From a virus (lineage: Duplodnaviria; Caudoviricetes), in the IMG/VR virus record IMGVR_UViG_3300036783_000204, positions 14,522 through 78,521 of that record: DNA of 64,000 nt; one strand, 5' to 3'. Shown here piece after piece: positions 26,128 through 35,276 of this stretch. The translations under genes were made by a program, and so were the position numbers. The first letter of the stretch is position 1. Each line of letters starts with the position of its first letter. The notes under the pieces are model-generated. The model worked only from the letters and a program-made list of their open reading frames with translations. It ran no database searches and was not told the origin of the DNA.

Positions 26128-26777
26128 TCCGCCTCCCGGCGTAGGCCGTGGGCCTTCAGGTCGGTCAGATATCCGACCAGGACATCGGCGGGCGCATCCC
26201 GGATGTTCTGCTTGGTGCGTTCCTCGAAGTCACCCATGATGTCCCGCAGAGGGATGTGCTTTGCCGTGGCAACGTTCCGGATCTGTGTGCGAACAAGCTC
26301 CGCTTCGTCGTCGATCTGGGGTTCGCGTTCGGCGAGGTGTTCCTCCTTGCCTCGTTCGTGGTGGTCGTGATCGGGATCGCGGTCGTCGGTCGGCAGGCAC
26401 AGCGCCTGAATGAGGGCGATGCGGTAGGCCACACTCATAGCCTTGGCGGTGCCCTTGTCCGAGGTGTCCATCGATTCCCCGGGGACCTGCACGTCGAGGA
26501 AGTCGCCCGCGGGGCCACAGAAGCGATACGTGACCAGCACGGTGCATTCGCGTGACGGCTTGCCTGTTGCGGTCTTCACGTCGCGGTAGCGAGCTTCGGC
26601 AGCATGTGGCACCACGACGACGCGGTGCTTGCGCAGCGCCGGACCGACGGCGTTGATGACAGAGTCGATGCCGCGGAAGTCGAAGCCCTGCGCCGAGTTC
26701 CGGTCGTTCTTCGCCACGGATCGAACCTCAACCATGACGTCGGCGAGGAGTTCGTGAACCGGCTTGTGTTCCATCAC
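26118..26777 (-). CDS. ERF-family single-strand annealing protein
   Basis: KNDRNSAQGFDFRGIDSVINAVGPAL...GESMDTSDKGTAKAMSVAYRIAL. Confidence 0.85.
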   Translation of the reverse strand: MMEHKPVHELLADVMVEVRSVAKNDRNSAQGFDFRGIDSVINAVGPALRKHRVVVVPHAAEARYRDVKTATGKPSRECTVLVTYRFCGPAGDFLDVQVPGESMDTSDKGTAKAMSVAYRIALIQALCLPTDDRDPDHDHHERGKEEHLAEREPQIDDEAELVRTQIRNVATAKHIPLRDIMGDFEERTKQNIRDAPADVLVGYLTDLKAHGLRREAECS

Positions 26778-27217
26778 TCGCCGTCCAGCAGGAGCGGGCC
26801 CGCGAGTTCCTGCCAGCGTTCAGCGACGACCTTTTCGTAGCCGCGTTCGGACCGGAAGGAGATGTAGGGGTTGCCGAGGCGAAGTTCGATGCCGGGGACG
26901 ATCTCGCCGGTGGCGGGGTCGACCGGCTGACCGTAGGAGCGGGTCGCGACGAAGATCTTCTCTTGGAAGGCGGGTGCGACGGATTCAACGATCTCGGTGG
27001 GGTAGTTCTTCTTCACCCACCGGCGGAACGCCTGCTCGTCGACGACGGCCGGTGTCTGGTTGCCGCGCGACTTGGAGACCTTTCCCAGCCGGGTTCCGTC
27101 GTCCAGCGTGGCGGCCTTGGAATCGCCCTCGTCCAGCGCGTGAAGGAAGTCCGCTGAAAGGACTCCTTCGACTTCCCTGATCCTGTGCTTGAGTGCTCGC
27201 AGTACTGCTAGCTTCAC
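26774..27217 (-). CDS. Hypothetical recombination-module protein
   Basis: Packed directly upstream of ERF; VDPATGEIVPGI motif. Confidence 0.65.
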   Translation of the reverse strand: MKLAVLRALKHRIREVEGVLSADFLHALDEGDSKAATLDDGTRLGKVSKSRGNQTPAVVDEQAFRRWVKKNYPTEIVESVAPAFQEKIFVATRSYGQPVDPATGEIVPGIELRLGNPYISFRSERGYEKVVAERWQELAGPLLLDGE

Positions 27218-27286
27218 TGCCGCGTCGCGCGTATATATCCCTGCCGTGCTGGTCGTGGGCGGAGGACGTGGCCGTCCGTTGTGGAC

Positions 27287-27565
27287 TTACTTGTCGAAGG
27301 GAAGCGGGGTCTTGCCGGTGCGTTCCGCGTGGCGCCACAGGAGAAGCTCGTGCGCGCTCTTCCATCCGGCTGTGTCGCAGGGAAGTGCCTCGGCTTCGCG
27401 GATGCGTGCCGTGACGACGACCCTTCCGTTGGCGTGCGCGGTGACCTTGGACCGGTCCACGAGCAGGACGACCATGTGCCCCTGCTCAGGATTGTCCAGC
27501 AGGGCCTCTTCGATCTCATCGAGCCCGTGGTCAGCTGGGAGCACTCCGGAAAGCTGTAGTGGCAT
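27287..27565 (-). CDS. Hypothetical protein
   Basis: AAGGAG RBS, ATG 27565. Confidence 0.65.
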   Translation of the reverse strand: MPLQLSGVLPADHGLDEIEEALLDNPEQGHMVVLLVDRSKVTAHANGRVVVTARIREAEALPCDTAGWKSAHELLLWRHAERTGKTPLPFDK

Positions 27566-27580
27566 GGGAACTCCTTCAGG

Positions 27581-27617
27581 CGGGGTGGGGCGCAGTGTCG
27601 GGATGCGCCCCACCCCG
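27581..27617. terminator. 14-bp perfect intergenic hairpin
   Basis: CGGGGTGGGGCGCA-N9-TGCGCCCCACCCCG. Confidence 0.5.
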
Positions 27618-27621
27618 GGTC

Positions 27622-28008
27622 TTAGCCAGCTGCTGCCAGCTTGGACAGTGAGAACGCATGGGCGGCGGAGACGAACAGGGGTCCCTCTCGCGTGAGCCGC
27701 TGGTTCCCGCGTTGCAGGAGATCGAACGCCTCCTGGTGTGTCATCGACGTCCAAGCCTGAACCGACACGTGGTCGATTAGGATGGTGGTGGCAACCTTCA
27801 CGGCGGCGGTTCCCTCGGTGAATGCCAGGGGCGTGTCGAACCGAACCGACCACGCGATGACCTCGTCGAGCTTCAGGAAGTGCATCCGCACCCCCGTCGT
27901 CCCGTCTCCGCGGATTTCCGTGCTGTGCGGCCGGGGCAGCTCGGCGAAGTCCGCGAGGACGTCACGGAACGCCTGGGCCCGCTCAGGAAGGACGTCGAGG
28001 ATGTTCAC
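27622..28008 (-). CDS. Hypothetical protein
   Basis: GTGA overlap, 128 aa. Confidence 0.6.
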   Translation of the reverse strand: MNILDVLPERAQAFRDVLADFAELPRPHSTEIRGDGTTGVRMHFLKLDEVIAWSVRFDTPLAFTEGTAAVKVATTILIDHVSVQAWTSMTHQEAFDLLQRGNQRLTREGPLFVSAAHAFSLSKLAAAG

Positions 28009-28781
28009 GCTGTGGCCAGATCCTTGACGTCGGCCGCCTTGGCGGAGCCCGCCGTGAGGGCGACCCACTCGTCGATCGCGCGATGCGCGGCGGTCATCGC
28101 CGCTTCAGCCCGCTGGAGCTTCAGGAGGTGGCGCCCACCCACGTCTTCTACGTACTGAACCCCGGCCCCCTCGATGACGTCCCGGTGACGCTGCTGGGTG
28201 TAGCTGTTGAACTCATAGAGCCCTGCAATGTGCGCGGTGAACGGGAAGGTCGTCGTCACCAGGTCATTGCGCTTCGTGGCATGCGCCACCGTGGCCAGGA
28301 CGGAGTGCACAAGCAGGGGTCGCGTCCCAGTCAGGGGATATGGGTCGCACACGGCAGGCCGGTTCAGGGCGTGCTCCAGGGCGACCCGACGTGCAGCCCG
28401 CACATTCTCGGCCCTGGCGGAGTACACATCCTCGTCACGGAGAAGGTGCGCGACCCACTGCCATCCCTGCTGGAACGTCAGCTGCGGCAGGTTGACGGTC
28501 CGCAGCGCCAGCCTCAGCACCTTCACCGAGCACGGCGGGCACAGCGCGCTGACGGTGCAGCCCGTGTCCGGGTCTTCCTCGCGGACGAGGTGAGTGCAGT
28601 ACTTGTCGTTCACCGACTGGACCATGAGCGCCAGGGGACGCGGTGTGCAGCTGGGCGTGTCGGAGATGACCTTTTCCCCCTGCACGAAGGACACGATGTT
28701 CATCGCGCAGAGGAACGTCTTACTGGTCGAGTGGGTGCCGACGGCGAGGCGGGGCGGGTGGTCGAACTGTCGGGCAGTCAT
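28005..28781 (-). CDS. Conserved actinophage hypothetical protein
   Basis: LAVGTH...CAMNIVSFVQGE...SDTPSCT...ND motif. Confidence 0.7.
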   Translation of the reverse strand: MTARQFDHPPRLAVGTHSTSKTFLCAMNIVSFVQGEKVISDTPSCTPRPLALMVQSVNDKYCTHLVREEDPDTGCTVSALCPPCSVKVLRLALRTVNLPQLTFQQGWQWVAHLLRDEDVYSARAENVRAARRVALEHALNRPAVCDPYPLTGTRPLLVHSVLATVAHATKRNDLVTTTFPFTAHIAGLYEFNSYTQQRHRDVIEGAGVQYVEDVGGRHLLKLQRAEAAMTAAHRAIDEWVALTAGSAKAADVKDLATA

Positions 28782-29014
28782 GAGGTGTGCTCCTTCATGA
28801 TGTTTCCACTGTCCCCTGTGGACAGAGGGTGTTCCATATACCAGCCGGTGGCGTTGTGTACCGCCACGAAGCGGGCCTCGGTGTTGCGGTGGTGGTTGCG
28901 CTTGATGGCGTCCCGGTAGGACTCGGGGAGCCGGTACCAGCAGGGCTTGCAGGCGAAGCGTCGTCGGGCTACCTGGGTGCCGCACCCGCCTGGACATTCA
29001 CTGGTGCGCTGCAC
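28778..29014 (-). CDS. Small Cys-rich protein
   Basis: CPGGCG...FACKPCWYRLP. Confidence 0.55.
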   Translation of the reverse strand: MQRTSECPGGCGTQVARRRFACKPCWYRLPESYRDAIKRNHHRNTEARFVAVHNATGWYMEHPLSTGDSGNIMKEHTS

Positions 29015-29048
29015 GAAGCGATCCCTCCGTCGATGTGGGCGCCGGGCA

Positions 29049-29408
29049 TCAGCTTCCGTAGTACGGAGCCGGGTCGGTCGCGATCTCCTCGGGCTCGACG
29101 CGCGCGGGAGCGTCTTCTTCGTCGCCGCGCTCGTCTTCCTCGTCGGCGGGCTGATCCTCCGCGGTGGGCTCGGTGTCGTCGTCGTCGGACTCCTCGTCGG
29201 ACTCCTCGTCATCGACGGGGACGTCCTCCAAGGGCGTCAGGACGACCGGCCACGTCTGCGCCCGCAGGCCATCCACGAGGGCGGCGAGAACGGTCAGGAG
29301 GTCGTTGAACTCCTTGGTGTCCCTGTCCGGGACCAGGATGTCGCCGAGGTGCTCCGGCTCAGGGATGTCGGCGACCTCGATCGGGGGGAAGGCGATGGCC
29401 ATGGCCAT
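29049..29408 (-). CDS. Hypothetical protein with long acidic tract
   Basis: D/E-rich C-half; start uncertain. Confidence 0.55.
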   Translation of the reverse strand: MAMAIAFPPIEVADIPEPEHLGDILVPDRDTKEFNDLLTVLAALVDGLRAQTWPVVLTPLEDVPVDDEESDEESDDDDTEPTAEDQPADEEDERGDEEDAPARVEPEEIATDPAPYYGS

Positions 29409-29425
29409 GTTCACGGTCTCTCTTT

Positions 29426-29638
29426 CTAGGTGAACCAGATGACGATGAGGCTGGCCATCAGGGCCAGCAGAAGCACTCCGGACGCGATGGCCATTCGGAG
29501 GGCCACTTGTCCGATGGGAGTGAAGGCCGCGTCGATGCACATCAGGCGGATGCGGTCGAGCTGCCGGAGGCGTTCCCGCGCGTACTCCCGGATCTGTTCG
29601 AGCGGGACGGGTCGGGCATGTTTGCCCCGCTCGGTCAC
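29426..29638 (-). CDS. Small C-terminally anchored membrane protein
   Basis: GTGA overlap; C-terminal TM. Confidence 0.5.
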   Translation of the reverse strand: MTERGKHARPVPLEQIREYARERLRQLDRIRLMCIDAAFTPIGQVALRMAIASGVLLLALMASLIVIWFT

Positions 29639-29832
29639 AGGTACCGTCGGACGCGCTTGGGGCATGCGGAGTGCCGGGGGGTGTAGTTGCCCTGGCCCAG
29701 GCCCTCGATAGGGTCGGTGGGGACGCCGGGGTGTAGCCGTTGCCAGAGGACGTCCACGGAGTAAATGCCTGGCGTCCCCAGGCGGCCACGATGCTGGCCG
29801 TACTGCCTCGGGGGTTTCGTGCTGGTGGTCAA
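29635..29832 (-). CDS. Hypothetical protein
   Basis: 65-aa ORF at operon start. Confidence 0.5.
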   Translation of the reverse strand: MTTSTKPPRQYGQHRGRLGTPGIYSVDVLWQRLHPGVPTDPIEGLGQGNYTPRHSACPKRVRRYL

Positions 29833-29862
29833 GCCATCTGATGCTCCTGAGGGTCGTCACGG

Positions 29863-29890
29863 GTCGGGCGCTGGTCACGCAGCGCCCGAC
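29863..29890. terminator. 11-bp hairpin right after the Xis/Cro-like gene
   Basis: GTCGGGCGCTG-N6-CAGCGCCCGAC. Confidence 0.45.
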
Positions 29891-30141
29891 TACGACTTGC
29901 GTGCCCGCTGGTCCTTCGCTGCGTCGGTGAGCAGTTTCTGTTTCCAGGCAAGGAAATCCTGGAGGGGCACGAAGGCCTCCTTGCCGATTTTCACGGTTCG
30001 GAAGTGGCCTTTCTTTCGGTGTCGGTAGAACGTCGCCCGGTGCCAGCCCAGGCCACTGAGCACATCGGCCAGAGACACCAGGTCCTTATAGACCTCGTCA
30101 CGGAACCGCTGGGCCCGTGTTTCGTCAGCCGTGGCCAACAC
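29890..30141 (-). CDS. Excisionase/Cro-like HTH protein
   Basis: LVSLADVLSGLGWHRATFYRHRKKG...VKIGKEAFVP; first gene of leftward operon, divergent from repressor candidate. Confidence 0.75.
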   Translation of the reverse strand: MLATADETRAQRFRDEVYKDLVSLADVLSGLGWHRATFYRHRKKGHFRTVKIGKEAFVPLQDFLAWKQKLLTDAAKDQRARKS

Positions 30142-30498
30142 TGCTCACTCCCTTCCGTTTCGGCCCCTCGAAATTCGAATAGGCATCGGATACGCGCGTG
30201 CGCTCTGCGGGTTGGTTTTCCGACGCTCCGAGTCTCTCGGGGTGCTACGGAGAGACGATGCACGGCGACACGCCCGAGCGCCAGTGGTAGGCGACAATTT
30301 ACGGAAATTGCGATATAAGGCGTACCCATCGCGACACGTTTATCCGCTCCGCAATCGCGGCTTACACTCGACCGGGTAGCGACTCGCCGAACATGCACGG
30401 AGCGGTACCGACCCCGGCGCAACACGGCGGCTCGTGCAATGCTGAGGACGCCGACAGCACCGTCCACCCTCGTCCAGCGCTACCGGGGAGGCACCTGC

Positions 30499-30882
30499 AT
30501 GGCCCAGGATGAAGCGACCACGACCGAGCCCTCCGGGCCGCTGAAGAACGTCAGGGCACTGTGCAGGAACAAGGGTGCGACCCGCGGAAAGCGCAGGACG
30601 ATGGCGCGGGACGCGGGGGTCCCCTTGGACACGCTGGAGAAGCTTTTCTCCGACAACAAGGTGCCGAAGGCGGTCCCGAAGGACCCCGTCCTGAACGACA
30701 TCGCGGCAGCCCTGGGCTGCTCGTACGACGAGGTGTTCATCGCCTTCAATCTGGACATCCACCCAGAGGCGGAGCGCTGCATGCGGGAGGCGAGCGACCT
30801 GCTCAGGCACTTCTTCGCCTGCGACCGCAGGACCCAGGTGGCTCTGCTGGCGCAGATGCGGAATCTGGCGAGGCGACGCTGA
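30499..30882 (+). CDS. Candidate immunity repressor (XRE-like)
   Basis: GGGGAGG RBS, ATG 30499; TMARDAGVPLDTLEKLF...LNDIAAALGC; divergent from Cro/Xis-like gene and next to int. Confidence 0.6.
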   Translation: MAQDEATTTEPSGPLKNVRALCRNKGATRGKRRTMARDAGVPLDTLEKLFSDNKVPKAVPKDPVLNDIAAALGCSYDEVFIAFNLDIHPEAERCMREASDLLRHFFACDRRTQVALLAQMRNLARRR

Positions 30883-31007
30883 CGCGCTGCGCTCGTATGC
30901 GTGTTGTGCGATATTCCGTGGTGAATCGAGGTCGCCCTGGGCACTCATGGGTTGCTCACCGACCAGCTACACACTGTTACCTGCACCCCGTGAAGGAGTG
31001 ACGACGT

Positions 31008-31193
31008 GTGGCCAGACGAAGAGTGGAGATCGGAGAGGCTGACCAGGCGAAGGCTGTCGAGGTGACGACTCATCCCGACGGCAGTCGCACGGCCCGCCTG
31101 AAGCCGATCGACGGAGCACCAGTCCCGATGGTGCTCCTCAGCGGGCAGGACGTGAATGACCTGAACGACGCAATGAACCCCGACGCGGCCTAA
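31008..31193 (+). CDS. Small hypothetical protein
   Basis: AAGGAG RBS; 61 aa. Confidence 0.5.
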   Translation: MARRRVEIGEADQAKAVEVTTHPDGSRTARLKPIDGAPVPMVLLSGQDVNDLNDAMNPDAA

Positions 31194-31205
31194 GCGCGTT
31201 TCTCG

Positions 31206-31240
31206 ACGGCCGGTGCCCGCCATCCCCGGGCACCGGCCGT
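31206..31240. terminator. Bidirectional terminator-like hairpin
   Basis: ACGGCCGGTGCCC-N9-GGGCACCGGCCGT between convergent genes. Confidence 0.65.
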
Positions 31241-31247
31241 TCGCGCT

Positions 31248-32579
31248 CTACGCGGCCAGCAGTCCCGCCTCTCCGGCGGCCTCCAGAAGCCTCTCGATCA
31301 GCGCCAACCGCTCCACGGGCACGAAGACCCCCTGAGGCTCCGCGACAGCCTCAGCGACCGGCCCCTGAGCCGCCCGCACCATCGCGGCGCGCAGATCCTC
31401 GACCTCCACGTCCGGCAGATACCGGTCGGTAATCTTCAGGTCGGCATGGCCGAGCATGCGCTGAATCTGCTTCAGGTCCGCGCCGGACTTCTTCATCCGG
31501 GTCGCCGCGGCATGACGGAGATCGTGGTACCGGGGCTGCTCCCCGCATAGGCCACTCTTCTTGAATGCGACCCTCAAAATGCGAGCCGGGTTATTGGGGG
31601 CCAGCGGGTTGTTTCGGGAATTCCGAATCACGTAATCCCCGGGCACGTCATTTCCGTGCAATTTCCGCAGGGCCTTCAGCGCTAGGACAGCATTCGGCGT
31701 GAGTGGGACCACGCGCACCGTGCCACCCTTCGTGATAGGGCGCCGGACCATGTCCCGCTCCATCACGTCCTTCACGGTGACAACGGGGTGGTCACCGTCG
31801 AGGTCGCTGATGCGCAGCCACCGCAGCCCGGCGACTTCCGCGGCTCGCAGGCCGCATTCGTAGCTCAGGACGGCGGCGGCCTGGAACCAGTCCGGCATGC
31901 TCTTGCACAGGACGTCGAAGTCCGCGGGGCTGAGGATCACCGGTTCGACGTTGCGGTACACCTTCACTGACAAGCCGGTGGTGATGTCGTCCGCGCAGTA
32001 GCCCTTGTCCTTGGCGTACCGGATGATCTGCCGGAAGTAGGTGAGCCGGGACTGGCGGGTCGCGGTCGACTTCGGCTCCACGCCGTTGTCGCGGTCGCCG
32101 CGCTCCTCCTGGGCATCCCAGGTCTCGTAGGTCTGCTTGGTGATGGTCGCCACATCCTCGCCGCCGAATCTGGCCGTGAGCCCCTTCACGACGGACTTGC
32201 GCGTGCTGCGACTCGCGGTGGTGCCGCCCTGGGTGGGCAGCCACTCGTCAACGACCTCGGCGAAGGGGTGCGCCACCGGCGTCGACACCTTCCGCACCAC
32301 GTCCACCCCGGCGGCCTCGTAGCCGGAGTCGATGGCGTTCAGGTGAGCCAGCTGGGCCTGTGACGCCTGCCACTCGGTCTCCCAGGTGCCCCCCGAGCCG
32401 GGCTCCGGGTTCTTAACCACGTGGCGGGCCTTCAGGACCGGGTTCCACGCGTAGACCTGCCACCGGCCGCTGGGGAGCTGACGGGGGGCAGGGATCTCCG
32501 ATCGGGTGGTCTTCGGCTTCCGACCGGACCGGGTGCGGCGGTTCGACGTCTTGGTGTTGGTGGGGGTCTTTGTCGTCAT
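31248..32579 (-). CDS. int: Tyrosine integrase
   Basis: Catalytic residues R (GLRAAE), HxxR (HDLRH), H (LGH), Y (TDRY); N-terminal arm-binding and core-binding regions. Confidence 0.95.
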   Translation of the reverse strand: MTTKTPTNTKTSNRRTRSGRKPKTTRSEIPAPRQLPSGRWQVYAWNPVLKARHVVKNPEPGSGGTWETEWQASQAQLAHLNAIDSGYEAAGVDVVRKVSTPVAHPFAEVVDEWLPTQGGTTASRSTRKSVVKGLTARFGGEDVATITKQTYETWDAQEERGDRDNGVEPKSTATRQSRLTYFRQIIRYAKDKGYCADDITTGLSVKVYRNVEPVILSPADFDVLCKSMPDWFQAAAVLSYECGLRAAEVAGLRWLRISDLDGDHPVVTVKDVMERDMVRRPITKGGTVRVVPLTPNAVLALKALRKLHGNDVPGDYVIRNSRNNPLAPNNPARILRVAFKKSGLCGEQPRYHDLRHAAATRMKKSGADLKQIQRMLGHADLKITDRYLPDVEVEDLRAAMVRAAQGPVAEAVAEPQGVFVPVERLALIERLLEAAGEAGLLAA

Positions 32580-32759
32580 CGCGTGGGCTGCCTTCTCGTG
32601 TGCGCACGCGGCGTCCCTTGGGGGGACGCTAGCCGGAAGATCGGCGGGGCTCAACTCGTGCGACTAAGTGCTCGCACGGTGGGTGTCCGTGCCTGGCCGG
32701 AGATCGTCCGTAAGCCTCTGACCTGCACGTACACCCGAGCCGCCGCCGTCTGCCCGACC

Positions 32760-32789
32760 GTTGCTCCTAAAGTGGCCTTTATGAGCAAC
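32760..32789. other. Candidate attP core
   Basis: GTTGCTCCTAAA-GTGGCC-TTTATGAGCAAC: 12-bp inverted arms (11/12 match) with asymmetric 6-bp spacer, upstream of int. Confidence 0.45.
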
Positions 32790-32991
32790 CAGCGTGCTGA
32801 GCTGGGGAATCTCGGAGAAGTAGGCTCCCACCTGCGACAACGTGTTGTCAACGTGTCTCGCTGGGTCGCGCTGAGATGACACCGAATCGCGCTTTCAGGG
32901 GGGTTACTCGCACGCACTCGCACGCCGGAGAGGTCACCTGTCGGCTTCGCGTTGGCAACGTGTCGCACGGGCCTCAGGCGCCCGGTCCCAG

Positions 32992-33189
32992 TCATTCCCA
33001 TCCGTTGATCAGGCCAATGGCCACCAAGATTCCCCCCGCCGTGATGAACATCGGCACGACCACTCCCCAGGTCGCGTCGTAGCGGGTGATCTCGGCGCCC
33101 TTACGCCACCGCCCGATGGTTACGCCGGTGAACATCAGGCCGGTGGGGATGGCGAAGACGGCGAAGAGGATCTTCACGATGTGGATCAC
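32992..33189 (-). CDS. Two-TM small membrane protein
   Basis: Two hydrophobic helices. Confidence 0.5.
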   Translation of the reverse strand: MIHIVKILFAVFAIPTGLMFTGVTIGRWRKGAEITRYDATWGVVVPMFITAGGILVAIGLINGWE

Positions 33190-33265
33190 CGTTTACACCA
33201 GCCGCAGAGCATCCGGATACCGGCGGCGGTACTCCACGGGAAGGGCATCGACACGATCCGGGTCA

Positions 33266-34009
33266 TCAGTCGGCGCCGCCCCGGCACGTGATTTCGGCGC
33301 GCTGGAGGGCGAGATCGCGGGGGTTCGGGTAGCGGTGCATCCAGGTGTTGATCTCGATAGCGCCCGCCTCGTCGGAGGAGTCATGAATGAGCTGCGACTG
33401 GATGGCCTTGTAGACGGCCCTGCCGAAGCTGGGCGGCCAGGTGACCTGGCGCATGGCCAGGAGAATCCCCGTCGAGGCATCGACGAGGCGCAGGAGTACC
33501 GCGAGGTGGCCAGTCTCTCCGGGGTCTGTCACGCCGGGCTCGTAGAACTCGCGCTGACGAACCGCCTGCCAGGTGCCGTCCGCCCAGTCAATGTCCCTGC
33601 CGAACCGGACTCCGAGGACGAGCGCGTGGTCACCTGAGGTCAGCGCGAACTCGGCACGCTCCTTGTGGAAGGCGGCTTCCTCGGTCTTGCTCGGCTTGTC
33701 CACCAGGAACGTGCATTGGATGAGGTCCGGCGTGAGAACCCACTCCACGGTCTCCGGCTTCGGGGTCTCGTAGACCCGGTCGCCGACCCGCAGAATGTGG
33801 CCGCCGTTTGCCTCGGCCTCCGATTCGGGCTTCGCCGTCATACCGGCCGCGACGCCCGCCGCGACCTTCACGTGGTCCGGGACGTCGTCCTGGCCGCCCA
33901 CCCAGCACGTTCCACAGGTCTTGCAGACCGCCGACCATGCGCCGGTGTCGTCCCTGACGACGAGGAAGCTTCCTGGGTCCTGGGGGCACGATTCGTGCAG
34001 CGACAGCAT
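33266..34009 (-). CDS. Hypothetical protein
   Basis: 247-aa ORF, N-terminal H..C...CxxC. Confidence 0.6.
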   Translation of the reverse strand: MLSLHESCPQDPGSFLVVRDDTGAWSAVCKTCGTCWVGGQDDVPDHVKVAAGVAAGMTAKPESEAEANGGHILRVGDRVYETPKPETVEWVLTPDLIQCTFLVDKPSKTEEAAFHKERAEFALTSGDHALVLGVRFGRDIDWADGTWQAVRQREFYEPGVTDPGETGHLAVLLRLVDASTGILLAMRQVTWPPSFGRAVYKAIQSQLIHDSSDEAGAIEINTWMHRYPNPRDLALQRAEITCRGGAD

Positions 34010-34107
34010 CGTCGCATTCTATCGCGTAGTGCACGTCGCGTCGGCAACGTGTCGCACGCGCTCGAAGGGCCCTAGGCTGAGCCCGAGCACGCAAGCGGGG
34101 AGAGGGA

Positions 34108-34413
34108 ATGACGAACGACGACAACCTGGTCAGCGACGCGGAGCTGGACGCTTTCCTGGATGCGGCCGAATCCGAGCTCGACGCCGCGCTGGGCCTCGCC
34201 CTCAACATCAAAGCGGGCCTAGCGGAGATCGTGGCTTCGGCCGCCAAGACTCCAGGCGGCCGAAGTGCCGTGTGCGCCGGTTGTGGGGCGCCTGGGTACG
34301 CAGCGCGACTGAACGTGCCACCGTGCCCCGGGGCCATGGCGGAGTGTCTTGGCGTGCGGGTCCTTGGAGTAGTCGCCGGACGCCGGGTCGTTCTGTGTAC
34401 GCTGATCATGTAA
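34108..34413 (+). CDS. Hypothetical protein
   Basis: GGGAGAGGG RBS; ends 3 bp before the tRNA. Confidence 0.45.
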   Translation: MTNDDNLVSDAELDAFLDAAESELDAALGLALNIKAGLAEIVASAAKTPGGRSAVCAGCGAPGYAARLNVPPCPGAMAECLGVRVLGVVAGRRVVLCTLIM

Positions 34414-34416
34414 CGC

Positions 34417-34490
34417 AGCGGGGTGGAGCAGCTCGGTAGCTCACTGGGCTCATAACCCAAAGGTCGCAGGTTCGAATCCTGTCCCCGCAA
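34417..34490 (+). tRNA. Initiator tRNA-Met (CAT), CCA not encoded
   Basis: Full cloverleaf; anticodon loop CTCATAA; three consecutive G-C pairs in the anticodon stem and unpaired 1:72, both initiator hallmarks; T-loop TTCGAAT. Confidence 0.93.
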
Positions 34491-34492
34491 CA

Positions 34493-34530
34493 AAGAACGG
34501 CCCGGCGAGTGATCCCGCCGGGCCGTTCTT
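34493..34530. terminator. Bidirectional intrinsic terminator
   Basis: AAGAACGGCCCGGCG-N8-CGCCGGGCCGTTCTT, perfect 15-bp stem between convergent units. Confidence 0.85.
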
Positions 34531-34531
34531 C

Positions 34532-35044
34532 TCATTCAGGATGGCCTGTCGCCTCCACCGTACAAGTCTTCGGCTCGCCCATCGCCTGCACCGCGTCCAT
34601 GCCGACGTCGAGAATGGACGCGGTCTCAGCGAGGATCGCGTCGTGGTCGAACGCCATCTTGTTCGTGCCGGGCGCAGCGGACCTCCATGCGACATCAGCG
34701 GCGTCGTCACCGGCGGTCGGCTCCGCGAGGCGACCCAGGATCATGGCGAAGGCGACGCTCACGTACCGGCCACGAGGGTCGCGCCCTGGTGCATCGAATG
34801 CGCCGACCTCCACCAGCTGTTCCTCGGCCACGCAGATGCCGGTCTCCTCGGCCAGTTCACGGGCAGCGGCCTGCCGGGCAGTCTCGCCGCACTTGACGTG
34901 CCCCCCGGGGAGCGCCCAGTGGCCGAGGTAGGGCTCCTTGCCGCGCCTGATCAGAAGGACGCGCACCTCGCCGTCCTCGTCGGTATGCAGTAGCACGACG
35001 TCGGCGACGTAGTGGACCATCTCGCGGTGGTCGTCCTCAGGCAT
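34532..35044 (-). CDS. NUDIX hydrolase (NrtR/ADP-ribose pyrophosphatase-like)
   Basis: Nudix box GGHVKCGETARQAAARELAEETG; RDPRGRYVSVAF; AFDHDAIL. Confidence 0.9.
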   Translation of the reverse strand: MPEDDHREMVHYVADVVLLHTDEDGEVRVLLIRRGKEPYLGHWALPGGHVKCGETARQAAARELAEETGICVAEEQLVEVGAFDAPGRDPRGRYVSVAFAMILGRLAEPTAGDDAADVAWRSAAPGTNKMAFDHDAILAETASILDVGMDAVQAMGEPKTCTVEATGHPE

Positions 35045-35276
35045 CCTCGAATCCCTTCCAGTCCTCGGTCAGCTTCAGCAGGCGCTCCAGATCGTCGGTG
35101 CCGGGATTGATCACGCGGGCCACGACGAACTGGTCCTCCTCGTCGAACTCGACAATGACCTGGCGTTCGCCGCCGTCGCGCCGCGGAGCACGTAAGTCCA
35201 GGCTCCGGCTGGCGGACGGCGCAACCTGCCAGCCGGATTCACGGGCGAGTCGCTCCATCTCCTCGCGCGCGGTCAT
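35037..35276 (-). CDS. Hypothetical protein
   Basis: ATG 35276; 79 aa. Confidence 0.5.
   Translation of the reverse strand: MTAREEMERLARESGWQVAPSASRSLDLRAPRRDGGERQVIVEFDEEDQFVVARVINPGTDDLERLLKLTEDWKGFEDA

Noticed and set aside
29160-29215. CTCGTCGGACTC-type short repeats
   Set aside because: Explained by the Asp/Glu/Ser-rich coding tract
34417-34490. tRNA as a host-chromosome junction (attL/attR)
   Set aside because: Phage-type genes continue on both sides and no host genes appear, so it does not mark a prophage boundary in this window
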